Positions 1-7,979 of a stretch of DNA of 16,941 nucleotides are shown here, piece after piece. A program made the translations under genes and the position numbers. Under the pieces are notes generated by a model. It ran no database searches. It was not told the origin of the DNA and saw only the letters and a list, made by a program, of their open reading frames with translations. Source of the DNA: Verrucomicrobia bacterium UBA3869 (GTDB taxonomy: Bacteria > Verrucomicrobiota > Verrucomicrobiia > Opitutales > UBA9783); the NCBI GenBank assembly GCA_002392285.1, contig DGGR01000036.1, positions 1 to 16,941 on the forward strand, in the 5' to 3' direction. Numbering within the stretch: position 1 is the stretch's first letter; each line of letters begins with the position of its first letter.

Positions 1-608
1 CGTTTCATGCACGCATCGTAGAACACGCATGGGAAGGATATGCTCAGCAGCGCAACATTGGAACTCAATACGCTAACACCCAATGGATTTTCCGTATCGA
101 TGCCGACGAAGTGGTATCGCCTGAATTACGCACGGCTATTGAAGCGTTTTTCGCCAATGCCAACCATACCCGTTACAACGCCTGTTATTGCTACCGTATC
201 AATCGATTTTTAGGTCAGTGGTTAAAGATGAACGACCATCAACTCATTCTGTTTAATAAAAGCCATGCTCATTGGGAAGGCGTAGTGCATGAGCGTCTAT
301 GCTTCTCAGGCCCTGCACAAACCTTATTTGGCCCCTTGTTTCATTATACCGAAAGAGATGTAGCTCATACCCTACAAAAAAACATTCATTATGCACAGCT
401 AAAAGCAAGCGAATTGGCTCAGCGCTACTCCCAAAAACGCTTAGCTTTTAACCTCCTTACTTACCCTTGGCACGCCTTTATTAAGAGCTATTTTCAGCAA
501 CGGTGCTATCGTAATGGCATTGCAGGCTTTTATGTAGCAAGCCTATCCGCTATCTATGTTTTTTTTAAGTACTTGTTCGCAATCGAACTAAAACACAACC
601 ATGATTAA
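1..608 (+). CDS. Family 2 glycosyltransferase (WaaE/KdtX-like LPS-core type), 5'-truncated by the window edge
   Basis: Frame 3 is open from position 3 with no stop before the listed GTG at 111. Upstream translation reads FHARIVEHAWEGYAQQRNIGTQYANTQWIFRIDADEVVSPEL. It contains the GT2 'W(I/L)xxIDADE' catalytic Asp-rich motif. The C-terminal 'RNGIAGFYVASLSAIYVFFKY' tail is typical of this GT2 subgroup. Stop TAA is at 606-608. Confidence 0.7.
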   Translation, partial: FHARIVEHAWEGYAQQRNIGTQYANTQWIFRIDADEVVSPELRTAIEAFFANANHTRYNACYCYRINRFLGQWLKMNDHQLILFNKSHAHWEGVVHERLCFSGPAQTLFGPLFHYTERDVAHTLQKNIHYAQLKASELAQRYSQKRLAFNLLTYPWHAFIKSYFQQRCYRNGIAGFYVASLSAIYVFFKYLFAIELKHNHD

Positions 609-1479
609 AGCTACCCTGGTTTTGTTAGCTGCTGGGAAAGGAAGCCGTTTCGGAGGACCCAAGCAAATACATACCTTTGAGCCTCAACAGGCTCCGTTAG
701 CAAGCTATGGGATATGGGACGCCTTACAGGCCGGATTCCATTACTTTGTCGCGATCGTAAACCCCGAAACCCAACCGTTTTTTGAGCACATTTTCGATCA
801 ATTTGGACTGAAGGATCGTTCGCAATGCGTTTTGCAAGAAGATCCATCCCTTGAGCTAGGGATACATCGAACCAAGCCTTTTGGCACCGGACACGCACTG
901 TATGCCGCTCGCCATGCTATTACCACCCCTTTTGTCGTTAATAATGGCGACAATTGGTATGGGCACGAAGCCTATACGCAAGCCATGCAATTCCTATCCT
1001 CGAATCACCAAGACTGCGCGTTGGTTGGATATCCACTTAAAACAGTCTTATCATCCAACGGAAGCGTTTCTAGGGCCATTTGCAGCGTCCAAAATGGCAA
1101 GATTACGCGTTTGCAAGAATATACTTGTATCGAACAAACCCCTAACGGTATTGTCCATCATCAGGATACGGAAACCGTTCCTCTTGCATCTGACGCTTAT
1201 ACCTCGGTTAACTTTTGGGTACTGCAACAAGACGTCCTTCCTGCTTTGGAAGAACAATGGCAGGTGTTTGTCCAAAACATGACATGTCCGGAAAGCGAAG
1301 AATTCTATTTGCCAACTGCTATTCAAGCCATTGCAACCCAACAACAGCGCCCCATTCATCTGCTCCCCAATTTAAAAGACAAGTGCCTAGAAATCACTTA
1401 TCCTGCGGATGCAAATCCTATACAGGATTATTTAAGGTCCCAAACGCAACAAGGTAGGTACCCGCTGACTTTTGGGTAA
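601..1479 (+). CDS. Sugar-phosphate nucleotidyltransferase (NTP-transferase fold), specificity unknown
   Basis: N-terminal 'LLAAGKGSRFGGPKQ' matches the G-x-G-(S/T)-R pyrophosphorylase loop. 'FGTGHAL' and 'VVNNGDNWYG' resemble GlmU/RmlA-type motifs. The ATG overlaps the upstream GT2 stop by 8 nt, consistent with translational coupling. Confidence 0.65.
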   Translation: MIKATLVLLAAGKGSRFGGPKQIHTFEPQQAPLASYGIWDALQAGFHYFVAIVNPETQPFFEHIFDQFGLKDRSQCVLQEDPSLELGIHRTKPFGTGHALYAARHAITTPFVVNNGDNWYGHEAYTQAMQFLSSNHQDCALVGYPLKTVLSSNGSVSRAICSVQNGKITRLQEYTCIEQTPNGIVHHQDTETVPLASDAYTSVNFWVLQQDVLPALEEQWQVFVQNMTCPESEEFYLPTAIQAIATQQQRPIHLLPNLKDKCLEITYPADANPIQDYLRSQTQQGRYPLTFG

Positions 1480-1512
1480 ATTTTTTGCCAATTAAACCGA
1501 ATTATCATTAAT

Positions 1513-2091
1513 ATGAGGTTCGGTGTAAGTAGCCTTTGTTGTTCATTGTTATTTGCTACGCATTGCTTCGCCTATCCTGTTATTCACAATGGTTCTATGG
1601 TCGATGCTACATTCAAACAAGTAGCGTATAATCACATCCCCGATGCCCCATTGGTTAACGCAATCCTTACGCAATCGAATTCGATGGAACTGCATACCTT
1701 ATACGAACAATTGCAGTACCTATGCATTACGTACGATGAAGACTGGCAAGACTTTATCGCGCAATTAGAAGCGAATATTGCCCGTAACAATTCTCAATCC
1801 ATCCTGGCCACCACGATTACCGTCAAGGGGCAGCTCAAAAAAATACTGACCCCATTCTTAAGCGAAGCTCAAGCGAACCAACCCACTACCCAAATGTCCA
1901 TTGTCAGCGCCATTTTCCTCTATACCATCTCCTACCTTCCACCTGACGAAATCCAACAACTGTCTTTGGGATATACCGGCAATTTACAAGAAAAATTCGA
2001 TGAATATGCATGCGCCTTTATTCGGCCATCTTCACAGGAACAAAGACCTGCGGTCAAAAAAGAGGTAAAAAACACCTCTAATGCGCGTTAA
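1513..2091 (+). CDS. Hypothetical secreted protein with a Sec signal peptide
   Basis: The hydrophobic N-terminus MRFGVSSLCCSLLFATHCFA/YP looks like a type I signal peptide. I recognise no other motif. It is a clean 192-aa ORF in a short gap between neighbouring genes. Confidence 0.5.
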   Translation: MRFGVSSLCCSLLFATHCFAYPVIHNGSMVDATFKQVAYNHIPDAPLVNAILTQSNSMELHTLYEQLQYLCITYDEDWQDFIAQLEANIARNNSQSILATTITVKGQLKKILTPFLSEAQANQPTTQMSIVSAIFLYTISYLPPDEIQQLSLGYTGNLQEKFDEYACAFIRPSSQEQRPAVKKEVKNTSNAR

Positions 2092-2750
2092 TCGTTCGCC
2101 TGAAACGATTCCCACTGACGTAAGAATACCGCACCTTCTTTCAAAGTTTGCAGCTGTTGTAGATACCGCTTTAGCTGCTCCCCATTTTCCCTTCTGTGAG
2201 CAATAAAGCATAAACCATACAGCGCTTGTGCCTTTAAATAATTCAGGGGGCCTTGATATAAAGTTTTAAATTCCGCTTCGGCGGCATCCAACTGATCCAA
2301 TTGCAATGCTATAAAAGCGTATCCCATGCGCGCTTGTTCTTTCAAAGGCGACAGGGTTCCATAGGTTTTGGCCTGCCGATAGCATTCCAATGCATCGCTC
2401 CATTCCCCTTTGTGCTCATACTCATGAGCTTGGCGTAAAAACACAAATGCCTGTAGGTTGCTCAATTGACTAGGTACGCTTAATTTAGCCCAAGCCACCT
2501 GATCTGCCAAGGTTGAGCACTTTGCATACTCCGCCACATAATGGTTGATGCGGTGCGCTTGCCAGCCTTTAAAAATTCCAACGACAGCCCCTATCGTTAA
2601 CCCAATAAGAGCAATGGCTCTTAAGCGTCCTGCTTGTGCCTGTAACCATGCGCTGAAGGTATACCAATCGAACACTGCCTTTACACCCTTAACGGATTTG
2701 TCATCCGCGTGCCCCGGGAATTTAACGATGGATGGCTTTTGGGAATTCAT
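2088..2750 (-). CDS. Membrane-anchored TPR-like repeat protein (YfgM-like topology)
   Basis: One predicted TM helix (RAIALIGLTIGAVVGIF) is followed by helical repeats with TPR-like spacing (WSDALECYRQA, GYAFIALQLDQLDAAEAEF, AQALYGL). The layout resembles YfgM/UPF0070. Assignment is by topology only. Confidence 0.4.
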   Translation of the reverse strand: MNSQKPSIVKFPGHADDKSVKGVKAVFDWYTFSAWLQAQAGRLRAIALIGLTIGAVVGIFKGWQAHRINHYVAEYAKCSTLADQVAWAKLSVPSQLSNLQAFVFLRQAHEYEHKGEWSDALECYRQAKTYGTLSPLKEQARMGYAFIALQLDQLDAAEAEFKTLYQGPLNYLKAQALYGLCFIAHRRENGEQLKRYLQQLQTLKEGAVFLRQWESFQAND

Positions 2751-2807
2751 TATTCATAGTCCTACGCTTTATTACTCCCAAGGTCAACTTTTTCCCACAT
2801 CCTTCAA

Positions 2808-2836
2808 TTGAGTTTTGAGTTTAAAAGCGCTATACT
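2808..2836 (+). promoter_or_regulatory. Candidate sigma70-type promoter for glgA
   Basis: TTGAGT (2808-2813), a 17-nt spacer, then TATACT (2831-2836). It ends 14 nt before the glgA ATG at 2851, implying a very short leader. Pattern match only. Confidence 0.35.
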
Positions 2837-2850
2837 AAAAACATACGACG

Positions 2851-4284
2851 ATGAGAATTTTAATGGTTAGCCCCGAATGCGCTCCCTTTGCGGAAACAGG
2901 GGGTCTGGGCCACATGGTAAGCGGCCTAACAAAAGCCTTAGCTAATCGCCATCATGACGTACGGCTGTTCTTGCCCCTCTATGGATTTATCCACCCACAA
3001 AATGATTGGTTTTGCCATAGAGATATTCCAGTGTACATGGGGCAAAAGGTTGAAACATGCCAAGTGTATGAAGCCAGCCAAAATGGAATTACCTTCTACT
3101 TTATCGACGCTCCTAATTACTTTAAAGATAACGCTATTTATGTAGATGGGCCTTATAACGGTGAACGTTTTGCCTTCTTCTGCCGAGCGGTACTCGATAG
3201 TTGTAGGGCGCTGCAATGGACTCCAGAGGTCATACACTGCCATGACTGGGCCACAGGACTTATCCCTGTCTATTGCAACACCTTGCGTTCTTGCCACCCC
3301 ATCAGCTCCGCCGCAACCGTTTTCACCATCCATAACCTCCAGTATCAGGGCATATTCGCGCCATCCATTTTATCCTTCGCAGGTATCCCTTTTTCCGAAT
3401 TTCATTCCACCAGTCTAGAGGCCCTGGGACAAGTAAACCTCCTCAAAGGTGCCCTCTATCATGCCACTAAAATAACAACCGTTAGCCCTCGATATGCACA
3501 AGAGATTCAAACTACCGAATTTGGCTGCGGATTAGACCACGTACTCCGCTTTAAAGCAGGTGACCTCATCGGAATTTTAAATGGTATCGATACCGATGTG
3601 TGGAATCCAGAAACCGACCCGCTGATTCCCAGCCATTTCACTTCAAACAATTTAATCCCCAAAGAGGAATGTAAAAAGTCCATTCGCAACCAATTTCATT
3701 TGCCGCACACACCAGCCCCCCTATTAGGCGTGGTCAGCCGCATCTGTTGGCAAAAGGGATTAGATGTCTTTGCCAATGTACTGCCCTACCTTTTAAACAA
3801 CACTCAACTTCAGGTGGTTATCTTGGGAACGGGTGATAGGAACCTAGAAAACCAATTTCGCTCCTTAGAACAGCCATTCCCCAATCAAGTCCGAATGATT
3901 TCCCAATACGACTCAGAACTCGCCCATCGATTACAAGCCGGATGCGATTTGTTCATCCTCCCTAGTCGTTACGAACCCTGCGGCTTAGCTCAGCTTTATG
4001 CTATGCGCTACGGAACTTTACCGATTGTACGCGCAACCGGTGGCCTAGCCGATACCGTTCAGTCGTTAAACGAATCAGACGAAACAGGCTACGGCTTTGT
4101 ATTTTCCGATCTCCACAACGACGCTATCTACAATACCGTTCATTGGGCTTATCGTATCTATAATGAAAAGCATAACTTGTTTCAAAAGATGCAAAAAACA
4201 GCTATGGAAGCCGACTTTTCTTGGGAACGTTCTAGCGCACAATACGAATCGGTCTATCAGTGGGCTTTCAATCAACGCGGTTAA
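2851..4284 (+). CDS. glgA: Glycogen (starch) synthase, GT5 family
   Basis: N-terminus MRILMVSPECAPFAETGGLG matches the GT5 'K-x-GGL' region. The C-terminal 'PSRYEPCGLAQLYAMRYGTLPIVRATGGLADTV' is the conserved GlgA catalytic block. Length of 477 aa is typical. Confidence 0.9.
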   Translation: MRILMVSPECAPFAETGGLGHMVSGLTKALANRHHDVRLFLPLYGFIHPQNDWFCHRDIPVYMGQKVETCQVYEASQNGITFYFIDAPNYFKDNAIYVDGPYNGERFAFFCRAVLDSCRALQWTPEVIHCHDWATGLIPVYCNTLRSCHPISSAATVFTIHNLQYQGIFAPSILSFAGIPFSEFHSTSLEALGQVNLLKGALYHATKITTVSPRYAQEIQTTEFGCGLDHVLRFKAGDLIGILNGIDTDVWNPETDPLIPSHFTSNNLIPKEECKKSIRNQFHLPHTPAPLLGVVSRICWQKGLDVFANVLPYLLNNTQLQVVILGTGDRNLENQFRSLEQPFPNQVRMISQYDSELAHRLQAGCDLFILPSRYEPCGLAQLYAMRYGTLPIVRATGGLADTVQSLNESDETGYGFVFSDLHNDAIYNTVHWAYRIYNEKHNLFQKMQKTAMEADFSWERSSAQYESVYQWAFNQRG

Positions 4285-4312
4285 ATAACCTAACCGCCTC
4301 ATTAACCACCCA

Positions 4313-4329
4313 CCGTTCGCTTGAAACGG
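4313..4329. terminator. Weak hairpin between convergent glgA and the lipoprotein gene (possible bidirectional terminator)
   Basis: CCGTT-cgcttga-AACGG, a 5-bp stem with a 7-nt loop, lies in the 50-bp convergent gap. The stem is short and there is no U-tract, so support is weak. Confidence 0.2.
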
Positions 4330-4334
4330 CCCAC

Positions 4335-5249
4335 TTATTGAATCGGAGCACAAACCTTGATCGGTACGATTACTTCTTCATACCCCATGGCCGAAATATA
4401 AAGCTTCCCGTCACCTGGTTCACCACCTTCAAGGCTTATAGTCGCGCTATCTTCTCCTGCAGCAATCTTAACTTCGGGCATGATAACGCTATCAGGAATG
4501 TTGGTTGTTACGTTAATAGCCAGCGAATCCGTCACCGGGCCATCCAATCTAACTGTTAAAGCAACCTGTTCTCCTTGACCAATCTCCAATTGGGACGGTT
4601 GAACCATCAATTGCTTGCTATCGATCAACAAATTACCTACGAAATCCGTTTTACGTTCCCGTATGCAATACACAGGATAAGCTTTGCCGCTCATTAAATG
4701 AGGCACAACAAATGAAATAGCGTTTTCAGAATAAAAGGTAGTCCATACTTCACATTGTCCAATCACCACGCGATCGTTCGCTGTAAATTCGCTACCAATG
4801 ATGCGTACTTCCGCTCCTACCGGGGCTCGTTCAAACTGCAACATAGAAGCTCCATGCTCTGAAATAACATATTCCGTCAATGGTGTCGTGTACGTATACG
4901 TACGGATAGACTTGGAGCTGGATATCGATTGATAACTTACCTCAAAGTAATACCGCGCCTTCTTTCGATCATTCCCTAAGGTATAATCTGCATAGTAAAC
5001 ATCGGGCTTAATAGCATCTGCTTTCAAAGGTACTCGCTTGCCGTCAATGACTAACATCGGCGCAAAGGTACCCGCAATCGCTTTGGATTTAGAAATTTTA
5101 CTGCCAACGGTAAAACGATATAAATTAGAGGGATTACGCGGACAATTAACCGTTAAATCCGTTAACTTTTCCCGGCAACCGGACAATCCCATCAGGCTTA
5201 ACAAAGCTGTTAATGATAGTGATTTAAATAAAAAACAACGAATAGTCAT
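4335..5249 (-). CDS. Lipoprotein with IPT/TIG-like and other beta-sandwich domains, function unknown
   Basis: Signal peptide plus lipobox: MTIRCFLFKSLSLTALLSLMGLSG|C. The middle segment 'GAEVRIIGSEFTANDRVVIGQCEV...ISFVVP' resembles an IPT/TIG domain. The C-terminal 'VKIAAGEDSATISLEGGEPGDGKLYISA' is Calx-beta/Big-like. Confidence 0.6.
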   Translation of the reverse strand: MTIRCFLFKSLSLTALLSLMGLSGCREKLTDLTVNCPRNPSNLYRFTVGSKISKSKAIAGTFAPMLVIDGKRVPLKADAIKPDVYYADYTLGNDRKKARYYFEVSYQSISSSKSIRTYTYTTPLTEYVISEHGASMLQFERAPVGAEVRIIGSEFTANDRVVIGQCEVWTTFYSENAISFVVPHLMSGKAYPVYCIRERKTDFVGNLLIDSKQLMVQPSQLEIGQGEQVALTVRLDGPVTDSLAINVTTNIPDSVIMPEVKIAAGEDSATISLEGGEPGDGKLYISAMGYEEVIVPIKVCAPIQ

Positions 5250-5360
5250 AACAAATAACAGTTATAATTTACGGTCTCTTTGTCCAAATAGCAATCACTG
5301 ATTTTTTACCCTTGAACCAACGCTTGATTTTACTCTCACTCATGATTCCATAAAAAGGTA

Positions 5361-6467
5361 TTGAAACCACCCGCATTAGGCCTTTATATCCATGTTCCGT
5401 TTTGCACCAATCAGTGCGATTACTGCCATTTCTATAAACAATCCCCATCGCAGTCTGCAATCCAACAATTTTTTCAGAACATTCAACAGGAACGGGATTA
5501 TTGGCAGTTTGTTTGGGAACAACGCCCGTTTGAAACCATCTTTTGGGGAGGAGGCAATCCAAGCTGCTTAATCCCTGATGAATTGATCGCCTTGGGTAAT
5601 TTATGCCCCACATCCAAAATCCTAAAAGAATGGTCCGTGGAAGTATCCCCAACGGCCATCAACCAAGCTAAATTACAGGCCTTGCATTCGTTGCCCGTAA
5701 CACGCCTATCTATGGGTATTCAAAGCTTTAACCCAACCATTTTACACCAACTGGGGCGCCGACAAACCCCAACAGATGCTTTTAAGGCTTACGATGCCTT
5801 ACGATCTGCCGGATTCAATAATATCAACTTAGATCTCATTTTCCCGCCGGATTTTTCTGACTTAACCCTTTGGCGTCAGGACCTAGAAACCGCCATTAGC
5901 TTAAACCCTGAGCACTTATCCACTTACTGTTTGACCTACGAAACTACCTCAGGCCCCTTTACCCCCCAGCATCACCAAACGGTCGATATCGATAAAGAAG
6001 CAAACTTTTACCTGTTTACTTGGGACTTTTTAAACGCACACGGGTATCAGCAATACGAAGTGTCTAATTTTGCAAAACCCGGCTTTGAATGCCGCCATAA
6101 CAAAAATACTTGGCTCATGCAAGAATGGTTAGGTTGGGGCCCCAGTGCCGCTTCTCAATGGAATCATCAACGCTTCCAAAACTCTACCCATTTGCCTTAT
6201 GCCCCAGGTCCTCATAACTCTACTCCATCGCTTACCCCTGACGAGCTTTGCAAGGATCATCTGATCTTTGGCTTACGGCTATGCGAAGGAATCAACCTGA
6301 GCGAATTACAAAAACAATTCCCATCGGTCAACCTGGAACGTTATCAATCGCTTTGGCAGCATTTTTGCGCTCAAGGACTTACGACGTTGAACCATTCTAT
6401 CTTACGCTGCACTCAACGCGGTATGCTCTTAGCTGATAGCTTGGCTGTAGCAATTTTATTACGCTAA
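5361..6467 (+). CDS. hemW: Radical-SAM HemW/HemN-like protein (heme chaperone / oxygen-independent coproporphyrinogen oxidase-like)
   Basis: 'LYIHVPFCTNQCDYCHFY' is the HemN/HemW CxxxCxxC motif in its typical context. 'IFWGGGNPS' and the HemN_C-like tail are present. Length of 368 aa fits HemW rather than HemN. The start is TTG at 5361, because an in-frame stop lies just upstream. Confidence 0.8.
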   Translation: MKPPALGLYIHVPFCTNQCDYCHFYKQSPSQSAIQQFFQNIQQERDYWQFVWEQRPFETIFWGGGNPSCLIPDELIALGNLCPTSKILKEWSVEVSPTAINQAKLQALHSLPVTRLSMGIQSFNPTILHQLGRRQTPTDAFKAYDALRSAGFNNINLDLIFPPDFSDLTLWRQDLETAISLNPEHLSTYCLTYETTSGPFTPQHHQTVDIDKEANFYLFTWDFLNAHGYQQYEVSNFAKPGFECRHNKNTWLMQEWLGWGPSAASQWNHQRFQNSTHLPYAPGPHNSTPSLTPDELCKDHLIFGLRLCEGINLSELQKQFPSVNLERYQSLWQHFCAQGLTTLNHSILRCTQRGMLLADSLAVAILLR

Positions 6468-6475
6468 ACAACCGG

Positions 6476-7210
6476 TTATTTTCGGTTCAAGGCGCACCTT
6501 AAAGAGGGTAGGCAAGTAAAGATAAAACCAAAAACAAATAAAGCTATATAAGTACTTGGCGTATGAAATTGTAATCGCCAATCATAACCTAAGAGCTGCA
6601 GGGGAATTAGAGCTATACATAGCAATTCCAACCCCAAAATACGCACCCAAACAACAAGGTTCCTTAAAGCAAACCCTGTAATCACTCCTATCAAACAAAT
6701 AAAAGGCTCCCATATGCAGGTATGGATAGGGCTTGTCACGTTCAACCACAAGCCAACGAACAAACAAGCTAATGCCGTTAGCACCCATTCCGCATAATCA
6801 TAACGATCCAACCACAATACCATCGGTAGCTCCATTACTCCAAATAAAAACCCACCCAGCACCTCTAAAGGCCGATGATCCTCGAAATAGACCATACCAG
6901 CTCCTGCACAAAGTATTAAAGCTAAACCAATGCCTAATCCCCACAACCGTTTGGTGCACCCTAATAGATACCCATAAACAATCGTTAACGCATGGGTATG
7001 CCCACTCGGAAATCCATAGCCTCCACAAGGGGTAAACCATGGCCAAGCAAACCACTGCTTCAATACGCTATTCCAGGTCCCCACCAACAAGAGCAATAAC
7101 AAAGCCCGTATAAACATACGACGGGATCCAAACAAAACACCCAAAGCAATCATCCCTCCCATAATTAAGGAATGGGATAATGAATAACAAAGTATAAAGA
7201 ATAGTCTCAC
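6476..7210 (-). CDS. Divergent PAP2-superfamily-like polytopic membrane protein (paralog B)
   Basis: About 7 hydrophobic helices. It has 'GFPSGHTHA' (the PSGH C2 motif, codons 6998-7009) and 'DHRPLEVLGG' (an HxxxD/E-like C3 remnant). No canonical KxxxxxxRP or SR motif is present. The GTG start overlaps the upstream stop (GTGA). Confidence 0.45.
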   Translation of the reverse strand: MRLFFILCYSLSHSLIMGGMIALGVLFGSRRMFIRALLLLLLVGTWNSVLKQWFAWPWFTPCGGYGFPSGHTHALTIVYGYLLGCTKRLWGLGIGLALILCAGAGMVYFEDHRPLEVLGGFLFGVMELPMVLWLDRYDYAEWVLTALACLFVGLWLNVTSPIHTCIWEPFICLIGVITGFALRNLVVWVRILGLELLCIALIPLQLLGYDWRLQFHTPSTYIALFVFGFIFTCLPSLRCALNRK

Positions 7211-7956
7211 CCGTAATGCTTTAAGAGTTGAAAATTGGGTAAACAGGTAAGGATAAAAGCAATACTGACTAATCCCAGATAATAATCAATAGATGAGGAT
7301 TCGATTACATTACTTAACCAAGTACAAATGATAAGAATCGCACCTATCCCTATCCATTGTTTCAATGCATAAGGGATTTTCATTCCTATCAAAACACCGA
7401 TAAAACACGCTAAGGGTTCCATCATCCGCGTTTGAGTATTGGAGCACATTAACCATAGAACCGTGCAACACATGACCCATACGAATAACCCTTGTTCCAA
7501 GCGATTATTTTTTTCTAACCAAAATACCACCGGTAGTTCCAGTATCCCAAATACAATACCTCCCCATACGCAAATCCAAGTATGGCATTTAAAATAGACT
7601 ACTGACGGAGCCGTTAAGGCTAATATAGTCAACCATAACACTACCAACCAAAGTTTTTTTTGCCGAAGCAACCAATAACCCCAAGCTGCCGTCAAAGCTT
7701 GCATATGGGTTGATGGAAACCCGTAGCCATACCCCCAAGGGGTAAACAGCTCTATCTGAAACCACTCTTTTAATAACGAACCAAAGACAGCGGTAGCGGC
7801 ATATACCAGCCACACATGCAGATAGGTTTTGCGCGAACCCAACAGGATCCCCGAAATCACAATGATGGCGATGAAATACACCCGAACCATCACAAATGCC
7901 ATACTCATCCAATTATGCACCAACAGCTGATGCAGATACGCCGATGCAGTATCCAT
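7207..7956 (-). CDS. PAP2-like polytopic membrane protein, motif-degenerate paralog A
   Basis: Clearly paralogous to 6476-7210: LKEWFQIELFTPWGYGYGFPSTH versus LKQWFAWPWFTPCGGYGFPSGH. PSGH is changed to PSTH (7705-7716) and the C3 acidic residue to Cys (CHTWICVWGG). An SD-like GAGGAG/AAGGGG lies in the 23-nt gap after nrdG. Confidence 0.4.
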   Translation of the reverse strand: MDTASAYLHQLLVHNWMSMAFVMVRVYFIAIIVISGILLGSRKTYLHVWLVYAATAVFGSLLKEWFQIELFTPWGYGYGFPSTHMQALTAAWGYWLLRQKKLWLVVLWLTILALTAPSVVYFKCHTWICVWGGIVFGILELPVVFWLEKNNRLEQGLFVWVMCCTVLWLMCSNTQTRMMEPLACFIGVLIGMKIPYALKQWIGIGAILIICTWLSNVIESSSIDYYLGLVSIAFILTCLPNFQLLKHYG

Positions 7957-7979
7957 GACAACCCCTTACTCCTCTATCA

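Noticed and set aside
611-1457. ORFs at 611-898(-), 881-1282(+), 1051-1359(-) and 1215-1457(+), all inside the nucleotidyltransferase gene
   Set aside because: They lie entirely within a well-supported CDS, either in other frames or antisense. Their composition is low-complexity and Arg/Ser/Cys-rich, typical of shadow ORFs, and they have no motifs.
2092-4329. The shared 15-mer CGTTCGCYTGAAACG at 2092-2106 and 4314-4328, considered as a dispersed repeat element
   Set aside because: A 14/15 match is expected by chance several times in a window of this size when both strands are considered. There are only two copies, and one lies within coding sequence. I kept it only as a low-interest hairpin observation.
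2938-4353. ORFs overlapping glgA: 2938-3333(-), 2954-3145(+), 3146-3418(+), 3507-3689(-), 4075-4353(-) and 4097-4288(+)
   Set aside because: They are shadow ORFs of a confidently identified glgA and contain no recognisable domains.
5269-5652. A 127-aa minus-strand ORF spanning the lipoprotein/hemW intergenic region and the hemW 5' end
   Set aside because: It overlaps the HemW radical-SAM motif region on the antisense strand. It has no motifs, and the hemW reading is far better supported.
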